NCBI RefSeq assembly: GCF_963853765.1
Contig: NC_088860.1
Coordinates: 7,750,001 to 7,814,000, forward strand
Source: Magallana gigas
Taxonomy: Eukaryota
Length of the DNA: 64,000 bases
Direction of reading: 5' to 3'
Shown: positions 12,401-23,639 of the stretch, in pieces
Layout: each line of letters opens with the position of its first letter
Numbering within the stretch: position 1 is the first letter of the stretch
The notes under the pieces: model-generated
What the model saw: the letters and a program-made list of their open reading frames with translations, nothing else
What the model was told of the DNA's origin: nothing
Databases searched by the model: none
Made by a program: the position numbers and the translations under genes

Positions 12401-14212
12401 TTGTCCATTTTGATTATTGATTATAGATTATAGAATGCCTACAGTCTCACCAAAAACGACATTAAACAATCTCTTGACCTCCTTTTTAAAATGATGTCAA
12501 ATTGAATATAGCCTTATAGGTATCGGGATTACTTTTCTCATGGTTTAACTAAGAAATTTAAAAAAATATATCAGGATCAACATAATCCCATAAAAGCCTT
12601 AAAGCACAGAAAAAAGATTCATCAAATCAATTATGACATCATAAAGGTTCTAGCACCAAAAAGACACTGTAGAGTCATTTAAAATAGATCTTGACCTGAA
12701 TTACAGAAATTGTAACACTTTTAATTTCTCCTTTTCAGACTGCCAGGTATATTGCACTAGCCTGTGGATTAATTTATGGTGTGAAAAGGAACAGTAAGTA
12801 AAAACACAGAATATTTTCATTGTCAATGGCATACATATACGTATAGCCTTCATTGTTCTTACATGGAAATGTCCCACAGGAACAGTAATTTAGCATTAGC
12901 TAAAGGATTTTATGCAGCAAAAGAGAATTTTTTTTTCAGTGAAAGCTCCACATGGTCTCTAAATCTAGTTTAATAAACATATCGTTGTCATTTTTGTGGG
13001 GTCAGATCTACTTATCTATATTAACATGCAACTTCTTTATGTTGTCATGCAACTTAGTTATGTTAACATGCAAGATAAATATGTTGACATGCAACATATC
13101 TATGTGACTATGTCGACATGCAACTTAGTTATGTTGACATACAACTTATAAGTTGCATATCAAACATATTTATCTCGCATGTAAATAAAAACTAAGTTGC
13201 ATGTTAACATATTTATCTTGCATAAGTAAGTTGCATGTTGTCATAAATAAGTTGCATGTCGACATAAATAAGTTGCATGTTGACATAAATAAGTTGCATG
13301 TCAGCATATTTATCTTGCATGTTAACATAAATAAGTTGATGTCGACATAAAAAGGTAGCATCTAGCATCTTTTCTGCAACCTCATATAGCCATTAGTCTT
13401 CAAAAGAATCTAACTGACAGTCCTGTGTCTGAAGCAAACACTAAAACTGATAAAAGGCTTGAAAGCTGTTTTGTTATATCCTCAAAACACAGCTTTTCAT
13501 TAATTTCTTTATATTCTAAGTAGCTTTTTTCTTTGTACAGTGTGAATTTTTACAATCTTATTTTGTACTGTTTAACAGGAGAACTAACAGCTTATGAAGC
13601 TGTGTACCAGGAGGATCAAACTAGAATTAAGATGGCACTGAAAAAAATAAACAAAGATATTGCCTGGCTCAAATATTATGGTAAGTATCTTCACATACAC
13701 ATTATTTGAGTTTTCAACTTCATTCACATTTATACAGATAAAGTATTACAACAATTTAATGTTGAAAACATGAATTTTAAATAAAAATAATTTTGTTTGT
13801 GCCCATGGATATTTTAAGATTGAATTCTTAAGAAACAAGTGTCAAAGTTATAGTTGGATGTTAATTTTGTGAATTATTCCAACACTAGGGCAATACTGGT
13901 TATTTCTTAAACACTAAAACTAGTTATACATTACTACCATGTCTTACAAAAAAAAAAATTAATTTAAAAAGCAATAACACACATGAAGAAAATTTCAAAA
14001 TTTACATTATTAAGAACATATCTTGCATAAAATGGAAAAAAGAATTAAGAGACTATTTATATAGTAAAATGGTCAACAAGGGTTGTTTATTACATGAGTC
14101 TTTTTTCCTTTCAGACGAGATGAATGAGTTGGCCTATGATTTAGGAGTACCTAACAGAGTGGTACAAGCTGACCGAGCTAAAGACCCCCAGTTTGCTCCG
14201 GAGGAGGATTAA
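9483..14212 (+). CDS. ATP5ME: Mitochondrial ATP synthase subunit e; join(9483..9533,12739..12793,13579..13680,14115..14212), 101 aa
   Basis: GT-AG introns with phases 0,1,1. Protein MSFRYWRTVPVNNPALR-TARYIALACGLIYGVKRN-RELTAYEAVYQEDQTRIKMALKKINKDIAWLKYY-DEMNELAYDLGVPNRVVQADRAKDPQFAPEED*. It has the PV..SPL(I)K/R-x-x-RY-type start, a single TM with GxxxG (GLIYG) and a charged helical tail typical of subunit e. Recognised by motif, not by database search. Confidence 0.85.
9820..9956. mobile_element. 123-bp hairpin MITE with a 7-bp TSD (P-superfamily-like) in ATP5ME intron 1
   Basis: Element 9827-9949, CACAGGGG...CCCCTGTG. 55-bp arms with 2 mismatches and a 13-nt loop. Direct repeat AATCTAC at 9820-9826 and 9950-9956. 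Confidence 0.8.
10235..12105 (-). mobile_element. Degenerate tRNA-derived SINE-like fragment split by the 1.8-kb TTAA element
   Basis: Joining the flanks gives GGGATTTGATCCTAGGCCCCCTGAAAC-TTAA-GTC...ACTCTACCAAC. Its reverse complement resembles a tRNA head (GTTGGTAGAG...GGATCAAATCCC B-box-like). Degenerate. Confidence 0.4.
10288..12082. mobile_element. 1787-bp non-autonomous TTAA-target DNA transposon (Kolobok-like) in ATP5ME intron 1
   Basis: Perfect 17-bp TIR AGGTCATATGAAACGAT (element 10292-12078). TTAA TSD at 10288-10291 and 12079-12082. No transposase ORF. Internal 33-bp tandem duplication near 10535-10600. Confidence 0.85.
13020..13375. repeat. Head-to-head roughly 21-bp minisatellite arrays (imperfect palindrome) in ATP5ME intron 2
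   Basis: CATGCAACTT.. units switch to AAGTTGCATG.. units across the palindrome CAACTTATAAGTTG at 13142-13155. Confidence 0.8.
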
Positions 14213-15864
14213 CATCGCATCATAGACTTTACACACTGTGTTATTGATTAGATTTTCAGTAAATTATGAAATTGTCCACAACTTATGTTTGTTTTTCGCT
14301 TTTAGTTTACTTCTATATATATATGTATATCAAATACTCAGTGGTTAAAATGATTTTCCGAAATTGCATTTAAATATTTAGAAAGGCCCAGGTATAGAAA
14401 TCACACGATCTTTCTGATATATATACATGTGTATATGATTTTTTGATAATGCAAAATGCAGTGAAAATGACACAATCATGTGCAAGAAGTCATTGAATTC
14501 CCCAGTATATAAGACAATATATTTCACCCAGGCAAATCTGCATTTACATGTAGTATTACCCTTATGTATGATAATGTAAAGATAATTTACAAATGCTATT
14601 AGAAACTATAAAATGGGATAGTGTTTTAGTTTCGCACACACAGGTACTTAGTTTATCATACAATATACATATATGTACTGTGAATTATACAGGATGATCC
14701 TCATACACATATTCTGATAGTATTTTGAGCTACTACAATTCTAGTTTTAAACAGTGACATTTAATTCAGGGATACATATCATGTAAATATACAAGAAGTA
14801 GTTGTAAAGTTTCATACTATGCAGTTAAAGTGACGTTTGCATGACATACACAACAGAACAGAGAAGCTATACATGAATGTCAAAATTTCTCCATATTTTC
14901 AATTTCATGTCTTTAATTTTGCAATAATTGTTTAATCCCTGTCCACATTTCTTTGGAATAGCAGTTTTGATTGTTTCAAGATTGTTGTGACAGTAATTCT
15001 ATTCAAGTTTGTTTTAATTTTTCAAAAACCTTCACCACAAACACCAGGGTCTTCATTTCAATGCCTATACACAGTTTTACCCATTGTCAGCCTGTGTCTT
15101 ACCTCAAAATAAAGAGACTAATAAAAAGCTGAAAAATATGACAAAGCGTGCCCTATGTGCGCGAAATACATGTATACAAAAAAACTGCAATATAATTTAG
15201 TTCTAACATTTCTGCGGTATTTAGTTATCGGTATTGAAACTTGCATGCCAAAGTTTAAGAATCACAAAGATTTAACACAATAAGCTGTTGCACTAACACA
15301 ATTTTGCATAACATGCAAAAATATACAACTTTTTAGGCGTCGGTTTGATATTTTTTTTGAGGTATTTTCAGATAGGAAAAAAAATCTTGTTTTCATAATA
15401 TAATAACAAAAAAAAGAAGATTTTCTGTTACCATGCAGAAAATAATCATTTGTGATATAAGTTTACCCCTAGGTGCAAATTAACTATATATATGACTCGA
15501 AAGTATGTGTATACTTGACCCCCCCCCCCCCCCCCTAAATAAAAAGGTTTTTGGTTATGATTATGTATAACATGACAAAAAAAATATTTTTTTTTTTTTT
15601 TTGGGGGGGGGGGGGGGGCTAAGCACCTCCCAGTCCCCCTCCTTTCCTCTCGGTTCCGAAACCTATGCATGTAGACTGCAATACTGTACTGCAAATAATT
15701 GCCTTTCCCCTCTGCCACGCCCCCTTTTCTCCCTTATGTATGCCGACATGGTAATTGTCAATAAAAGGAATTGAATGTATGAACAAATTACGAACTTTAT
15801 CAGTGTCAGTCATTGTGCGACTCAACAGGAATCTTGAATGAACTCCAATATCTACGATAAGAGT

Positions 15865-15881
15865 CCCCGTGTTATTTATAG
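15865..15881 (+). promoter_or_regulatory. Candidate TATA-like core promoter of Xkr A1
   Basis: CCCCGTGTTATTTATAG is identical at 26933-26949 upstream of A2 while the neighbouring sequence has diverged. It lies 160-200 bp before the start codons. No TSS data. Confidence 0.4.
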
Positions 15882-16062
15882 ATAGGAGGAATATACGCGT
15901 ATGCTCTGGATGACTGACCATGTCCCGTGTTTCGGGAGCTAACGTTTATTTACATATTTGTTTACTCAAGGGATCGGACGAAGCCGAATTCACATTGCAT
16001 TGATCCTCGGAACCTGTTGCTGTTTGAACATGTGAATATGGCAAACATTCCGTGTCTCAAAA

Positions 16063-18730
16063 ATGAACACCGATAACCGGAAATTCAAAGTGATTTTAAC
16101 AAGACGGTTAGCTCAACAGGTGGATGCCAGTGAAAGCGAAGCTACCCTCACCCCCTTGCCAAGGACAGCAAATGACCACACTGATGTACAGAACGGGGAC
16201 ACCTCCATCGAGTGCTGCACTCTCGTCCATCGGGAATTGTGTTCGGACGATGACGTCGACAACTCGTTCGGCCAACGTCTAAGAAATGGCGCGGATCACG
16301 ACGAGGCGGTTGATACGTCAGTTGGTGGTCGTATCAACGACTCTGAACGTAAGGCGGTGAACCAGTTTTATCCCTTCTCTGTCATTGATTTCCTTGTCAT
16401 CAATGTGTCTGTTGTGTTCTTCTGCATCGATTTTATGACGGACATTCTGCTGGCCAAAGATTACTATGACGATGGTATGATGTTAGAATTTGCGTTGACG
16501 TCATCATTCGTTGCTGGGTCTTTTCTGGTCACTGGGATACTGAGTTCCATCTGGCATGCTCAAGAGAAAAGCCGTCGAAATATATGTCTGATAATCCTGG
16601 CATTTCCATTTGCCACCATCGAGAGGTATAAGTCGATCTATGTTTATAATGCAGATAACCAAAGTGAAAGTACATAGACTACTCTAGTATTGCCGATTCA
16701 ATATTGCAAGAATTTTTTGTTGGTTTACATACCGGTGTGTCACATTCCTGTTATCTGTGAATATATCAAGTTTAATCATATTTATGGGGGTAGCGAGTTT
16801 TCTGACATGTTTAAGAACCTCTAATGTACTGATACATTTTACCGAAAAGAGATGACACTTTCAAATAATTGACATATGTAGAGGAATTAACCAGAAACTG
16901 GTTAAAATTCTACGTAATTGTTTAGATACAATATTTACAGGAGAATGCAGCCGCCATTAATTAAGGCGAATCGTTTACTTAGGTGCTATGTTAATCGTGC
17001 TGTGTATCCAGGGCTTGTAACAAGAACAGTCGATATATCTGTACCTGGCCCAAAACTTGGTCAGCCACCAGTTCACCGACCATTGTCAGCTGTTGGTTTC
17101 TGTGTAAAGTAATCCCTCATCTTAAGGTCCAAATTTGTTTGTCTTGGACGGGAAAAACCACATAAGTGTGAAAGGTTCCAAGTTTTGATAGTTTCAGAAA
17201 AACGCCCCTACTATATATATAAGTGATTCGATGGGCTTATTTTGCGGAAGGGTTTATTAAGTAACATGATATAGAGCCATAATTTAAATAAAGGTACTCA
17301 GTATAATTAATTTTAAAAAATACATGTATTTGTATTCTAGTATTCTTAATATTGTCCCCTATATAATTTTTTTAAAACAAATATTTTGAAAAATTGCCGC
17401 TGTACACTTATTTGTTAAATGCATAATTATACACATATCAGAAATATTTTTTTTAATTCCAGAAATATAAAATACGCATTCCATGGCTGCAAAAGTAAGC
17501 TAAAGGGAAGCAATGAATACTATCACTACATTGAAATGATCTACACAGACCGAGACGCCAGTCTCCTGCGGATGTTTGACGCATTTATCGAGTCTGCCCC
17601 TCAACTAGTCCTACAAATCTATCTCATTCTAAGAGAACAGGAGAATCTCAAGAACTGCGAGGATGTTGAAGTACACAGTCGTAAGTTCTTATCATCACGC
17701 TTTCAAACAGTGAATAATGGTGGGATAAGTCAAATCATGAAATTACGAACTTCTTTATAGAGAGTTACAAAATATTTGATCACAGTATACATAGTAGCAG
17801 TATTTATGTCGTGTTGTAAGAGTAAAATACTGCCACTCGGCAAATTCAAAAATTAAAACATGACACATGACTTGCATGTTGTCTTTAGGGAAGTGCGGGG
17901 CAGGCAGAGCCTTTTTTCATCAGTTAATGGATGATGGCTGTGCCTTTCCACTTTTTTAAACTTTGAGAGAATGATTTGCCGTTTAAAAAAAACAAAAACA
18001 AAAACAGTAACATATATAAGATGTATCGAAAATAGCTTTATTTTATTCTGAGAGATTTTGACAAATTGAAACTCAAAACTATTTGTCCAGAATAAGCCTT
18101 AAATTACCGAACAACACATCAAGCGAATGTTTAAAACTGATGTGTACAATTGTAGATATCCTTCGGATGTTGACGGTCCTGTCCTCGTGGGTTTCCGTTT
18201 CCTGGTCCGTAACGGCGTACTACCGAGCCCTGCGCGTCAGCAACGCCATGCACAAGACCCAGCAGAAGACCGTACTAGCCGCCACCGGATACTTCTTGTG
18301 AAGATCTTTTGAAATCGGACCCAGGGTACTGGCCTTGGTACTGATGATTCTCATCAACCCCATCATATTTGCATTGATTGTCGTCTTTCATTGGTTCGCG
18401 GTTGTAACTTGGTCATTTGCAACGAAGGCTATGCCATATGAGAAACTCCACGATAACGCCATATTTATTGTATTAATTGGATTTGTACAGGTGTTCTCCT
18501 TTATGAACATCAGTCCCGGTAAATCTCGATACCACGCATTGTTATACTACACTTTCTTTTATATTGAAAATATTGTTATACTTATCTTATGGATTATTGC
18601 CAAGAAAGAATCTTATTGTCCGTGGATTTATTACGGCGCCATTGGCATTGTCTCCAGTGGTATTGTTTTTACTCTAGTTTTTAATGCATGTTTTTATAAA
18701 TTGTGTCACCCTAAAACTGGGATTTTGTAA
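16063..18730 (+). pseudogene. XK-related protein A1 with an in-frame premature stop; join(16063..16625,17463..17680,18156..18730)
   Basis: XK-family motifs DFMTDILLAKDY, LLRMFDAFIESAPQLVLQIY, SWSVTAYYRAL, YYTFFYIEN, YKLCHP. GT-AG introns, phases 2,1. TGA at 18299-18301 where all four other paralogs have TGG (YFLW-R); the frame continues intact to TAA 18728-18730. Could be a null allele or a sequencing error. Confidence 0.8.
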
Positions 18731-19860
18731 TAATATAGTAAAACTTTGAGTTTTGAACTTCTTTAAGCGGAAAAATTAGTTACAAATATGATAAATTGCA
18801 ATTATATGTACATGTATACGTAAAATGATCTTGGTTGCTAAAGTATGATTTCCAAGATTTAAACCTGCAACAAAATGTTAAAGATAATGTATGATTGTGG
18901 TTTGAAATGAACATACAGAATGTTCGGGGCTACCTGATATACTTGGATATAGAATTTTAATTTATGAATATTGAAATACATGTAACAGGATAAGCCTATT
19001 GTAGATAATTATATTTACTCGTTCAGGTTTCATCCTTTATCTACACAAGGTTGACGTAGACACATCTTAGCTAATTTTTTTATATCATACATTGACCAAG
19101 GAAGTACTTGAAAAGAACAGGAAAATTAACTAACAAACAAATATGATTATACACTATTTCAACGTTATTTTTAAAAATCATACTGTGGGTCAGTAGGAAA
19201 GTTATACAGAAGCCCTGAGTGATTTCATCAAAAGATTTTTAAGTTTTAAGAGTATGCATGTGTTGTTTGAGTAAAACAAACATAATCACAGCTATGTTTT
19301 GGTTTTATTTGATTTTTTCCGGCATTCCATGGCACAAGTAACATTTGGTTTTGATATTGCAAAATTATTTATGTCTTCCTTCTTTAGCCTTCTTAAATAT
19401 ATATTTATATCTCAATATGGCCAGCAATTTTTTATTTTTAGGTTTACAAACCCGCCGCTCGGTTTTGTGAGTTTTTAGAAAAAAAATAAAATTACAAAAA
19501 AGATCTTTTTTTTCTCCCCGACAGCAAATTTTTTCTAGTAGGAAAAGTGTATCGTCATTGTTATCACAGAGGCATAAAATCTGCTCTTTTTGTGTCATGA
19601 TAGCCTAAAAATTTCTTACGCATCTTTTTCTCGTGCTACATTCTTCAGAGAAGCTTCTACAAACACTCTGCTGTAAGTTTCATACTTTGAAGTTTTACCG
19701 ACAGTGTTGACCAGTGGCTAGACGAGATAGTCACACCTCACTGAACATGGCTTCGATAGTTACCTGTGCAGCTGTTTTCAAGTACATCACTGTAAAATGA
19801 TTCCCTTTCTTTTTGTGTTGAATTGGCATATGTATTCATTGGCTTTTTAAAAAAAAAAAT

Positions 19861-19864
<4 letters not shown>

Positions 19865-19897
<33 letters not shown>
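19865..19897. repeat. (AG)n microsatellite
   Basis: Pure AG run of about 33 bp. Confidence 0.95.
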
Positions 19898-19899
<2 letters not shown>

Positions 19900-21609
19900 T
19901 ATTAGATATATTCTGCAGTAACTATTCTCATGAACACATTTTAAAGTGACCTGCCTAGTGAATTAAAAAAAAAAATCATATTATTGTTTGTGCATTTTCC
20001 GTTATTTTCAATTAAAATTTACCATTACATAATTAATTGCATAGTTGTACTTTGTACATGGAAATTCAACAGGATAAAATACATGCACACATATAGTTGC
20101 AGTGATTTTATAGAGTCTGTTCACATTCACAATGTTATGTTTGAGTTTTCTCACATATAAACACCCAAACCAATTTTGTAAAAAAAAAAGTGTGAGAGAT
20201 CAATGAAGTTGAATATTTTTTAACTGCAGAAAACATGAAAGTAATAAATATTTTGTATATTAATAATTATATACTAGTATCATACAGGAGAAAACATTAT
20301 TACTTCATGTACATAAAATTTAGGTTGTTTTTTTTAAAATGAAATGTTGACATGTCCGACAATAGTTTGACTGGTAACTTTGAATCTTGGGCTAGTAACT
20401 TTGTGGCCAAATTTTGTAATTGCACACCCCTGACATTGCTATATGTACATGTAATATCAAAGCTGTATGTCTAATATTCTATTGTACTATTTCAGAGATA
20501 TGTTACACAGATGACATACTTTTCACATGCTACACTTGATGCAGTTACACACCACTATCATGAAGTTGTCATTCATTATATTAATATTAGAATAAAGATG
20601 ATGTCATAAAAGTTTTTTTTTCTCCTACAGAACTTTACAATTTTGTGGTTCGTAAACCTAAAAGTAAAAAAATTGTAGGTCAAAAGAGATTTTTATTTTT
20701 TTTTTATTTCCTCCTCCTACGGAACTTTATCATTTTGTGGTTCGTAAACCTAAAAATAAAAAAATGCTGGCCTATTTGACAATTTATTACCAACGTGTAT
20801 AAAAATGTATATTTGACTACTAGCTTTGTCACATGGTTTCACACAATTCTCCATCAATATGGCTGCTGCTTATTGCAATTACCTCAAGGGGCGCCATTGG
20901 GTTCTCTTAGGTAAATCTAGCCTGACCCAACAACATCAAAACAATACCTGTAACTAAAACTATTAAAAGTTGGTTTATTATCACCATTCTCTTAACGACG
21001 ACAATGAAAGAAAATCTTTCGTACATACATGTATATATTAAATAAAATTGGTAAGTGGATTTTCCAAACACTAATACAACTAAATATAGAAAATGACGTC
21101 ATTTGATTCGACTTGTGACTTTAAATTGACTTAGTAATGCCTTACGTGACCTGAAATATTATATTTAGACACATAAAGTTGTCGTAATGAATAACCTCTC
21201 GACATTCCTGTGACCTACTAGCAACTACAAGAACTTTCCAATCGTCAAAATTGCTGGAAAAAATAACAATCAGAAGTTTTGTTGCAATTCTTAAGATTGA
21301 AATAGATAAACATTTCATGATTTGTTGTTTCATCACTGACGTAAATATCTATACGATGAGCCTTGTTTAAGGGGAATTACGGAAATATACATACTATGAG
21401 AACAACTCAAGCACCTAGTAGCACACAATGAAATCACTTAAAACACTGATAGCGTAAAAAGGACTCGAGGTTTTAACTTGGATATGAAAATGTGAAAAAA
21501 CTACTTTAAATTAAAATTAGATCCACTGAATGGAAAATTGCTAAACCGAAAGTAGAAGGAAGGTTAACCGAGAACAGCGTGTTTTACAATCATTTTACGT
21601 AGTTTAATC

Positions 21610-23639
21610 ATGAAGGGAGAATCGTCAAAGCAACAGAAAATAGAAGATGAAGATGAAGTAGACAATATGGTTGGTTACCGTGGGAACCCTACCATAGTTA
21701 TCATTCCAGGAAGTGAATCTAATTTGGATACGGTAGACGGCGCTGTCTCTTTTAGACATACTGACACGTATACAGAAGACGATGGACGGGTTTTGTTAGG
21801 AAACGCAATAGGAAGCCGAGATGAGAAAGCTATCGAGCTTACAGAATTCCAGGATGAAATCACGGACAACAGCCAAGAGTACCCATTTACCGCTCTGCAA
21901 TGCATAGGCACACCTGTTTCTCTGATACTTTTCGTCGTTGATGTTGTTACCGATATCTTACTCGCTATGGAATACAGAGACCATGATAGAATCTTAGAAT
22001 TCGCACTGACGTCATCAGTGATTATTGCGTCATTTCTAGTGACCGGTATTCTGAGTACTATCTGGTATATCCAAGATGTTGCTGGACCTAAAAGTCGAGT
22101 GAAGAAAATTCTGTTTTTGATCGCAGCCTTTCCTTTTTCAATCATAATAAGGTAAAATTACCCCCAAAAAATACAACTGTGTAATACCTATTTTTGTATA
22201 ATTCCTTGCACGGTGGTCAACAAAAAAATTATTCGCTAAAGTGTATGTCACAGTTCTTTTTCATTTTCTCAACAGAAATCTGGTATTCATAAAACATGGG
22301 TGGTTAAGTCGTAAATCACGTTCAGAAGAAAAGTTCAAGCACTATCAACAGATGATGAAGGACGGCCGAGATGTGAGTCTTCTGAGGATGTTTGACTCCT
22401 TCGTTGAATCTGCACCCCAGTTAATCATCCAGATTTATATTGCAATGCACCATCCATCTCAAGAGTCTTTGCATTTAGGTATCTACATATATATAAAAAA
22501 AACAGTTGTTCGTGAATACACGATATGTATGTCCTTTTGGGCAATTGGTAACACTAAACGAAAAATTATTTATACAAATGCATAAAACATTTCTTACTAA
22601 AGAAGATATAAATGAATTTTAAAAGTTCTTTATATTATGTGTTCGTTGAGACAAACAAACATTTTAATCACAGATACATTTTTATGTATTAGTTTTGAAT
22701 AACTTTTCTTGCATGCAAAGGCACAAGTAACATTTTATTCTACATGTAAAATTGCAAAATGTCTATGGCAGCTGTCTTTAACTTTCTTTATTTTTAATTT
22801 TACATCAACATATCACAATTCATTACCAAAGTAATTTACAAAAAATGTGTGTTTGTCTACTATCTTCAGGTTTTATTTTATACATCATGGAAATTTTAAT
22901 TCCAACTACATAATTATAATATACGTTTCCAAAGCAATGATATCACACTATTCTCCATCAATATGGCTTATTGCAATAAACTCATGGGGTGTCTTTTGAT
23001 AAAATGCAATATTTTATTTCAGAAATCCTGCGATCCTTCACAATTGCAACATCCCTTGCTGGTCTGTCTTGGTCTGTGACGTCATACTATAGAAACCTAA
23101 GAATATTTTCCGCAACTTCCGGTTTAAAGGCCAATTCCATATGTGGAGCTGTTGGGTATTTCTTGTGGCGAGTGTTTGAAATCGGACCAAGAATCATGGC
23201 CATTGTAATGCTTCTGTCCGTCGATAGCCACGGTCTCTACATCATTTTTGGATCGTTAGTTCATTGGTTCATCATGTTAACTATGGCGTTCTTAAGGCAT
23301 GTAAAAGTTTATGACGAACCGATCCAAAATATTATGTTCATCGTGTTCATTAGCTTTGTACAGATCATCTCCTACATGAATCTGAGCCATGGAAAGTCCC
23401 GGCGTTTTGCCATTATTTATTACACCCTATTCTACGTAGAAAACGTTGTGATGGTTTTACTTTTTGTGTTATGGACTGATATCGACAAATCCAGCTGGAT
23501 CTTCATAGTTACAGTTTGTGTGGCCTCCTCGGGAAGTTTATTTTGCACGCTGTTCATGGTTATGTACTATAAACTTTGTCATCCTAAGGTGTCGCACAAA
23601 TCAACAGACATTGATGTGGAATTGAAAGTAGAGTCATAG
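21610..23639 (+). CDS. XK-related protein B1 (putative phospholipid scramblase); join(21610..22151,22276..22478,23023..23639)
   Basis: Open spliced frame with GT-AG introns, phases 2,1. Motifs DVVTDILLAMEY, LLRMFDSFVESAPQLIIQIY, LSWSVTSYYRNL, YFLWRVFEIGPR, YYTLFYVEN, YKLCHP. Confidence 0.92.

Noticed and set aside
17148-17160. NF-kB/Dorsal-like GGGAAAAACC in A1 intron 1
   Set aside because: Not conserved in A2 (GGATGAAAACC), and such a short motif is expected by chance.
18810-18865. Possible SECIS (ATGA-TCTTGG...AAA...CCAAGA) 3' of A1 that could recode the TGA as selenocysteine
   Set aside because: The TCTTGG/CCAAGA pairing consumes the GA needed for the non-Watson-Crick quartet, the correct register gives mismatches, the motif is not kept in A2, and the homologous residue is Trp, not Cys.
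19365-19800. Minus-strand ORF and an exon-like stretch between A1 and B1
   Set aside because: Stops in all plausible frames and no recognisable domain; may be a decayed repeat or pseudo-exon.
21675-22145. 156-aa minus-strand ORF (also 43196-43429 and 58059-58349)
   Set aside because: These are antisense shadows of real exons, with no independent motif.
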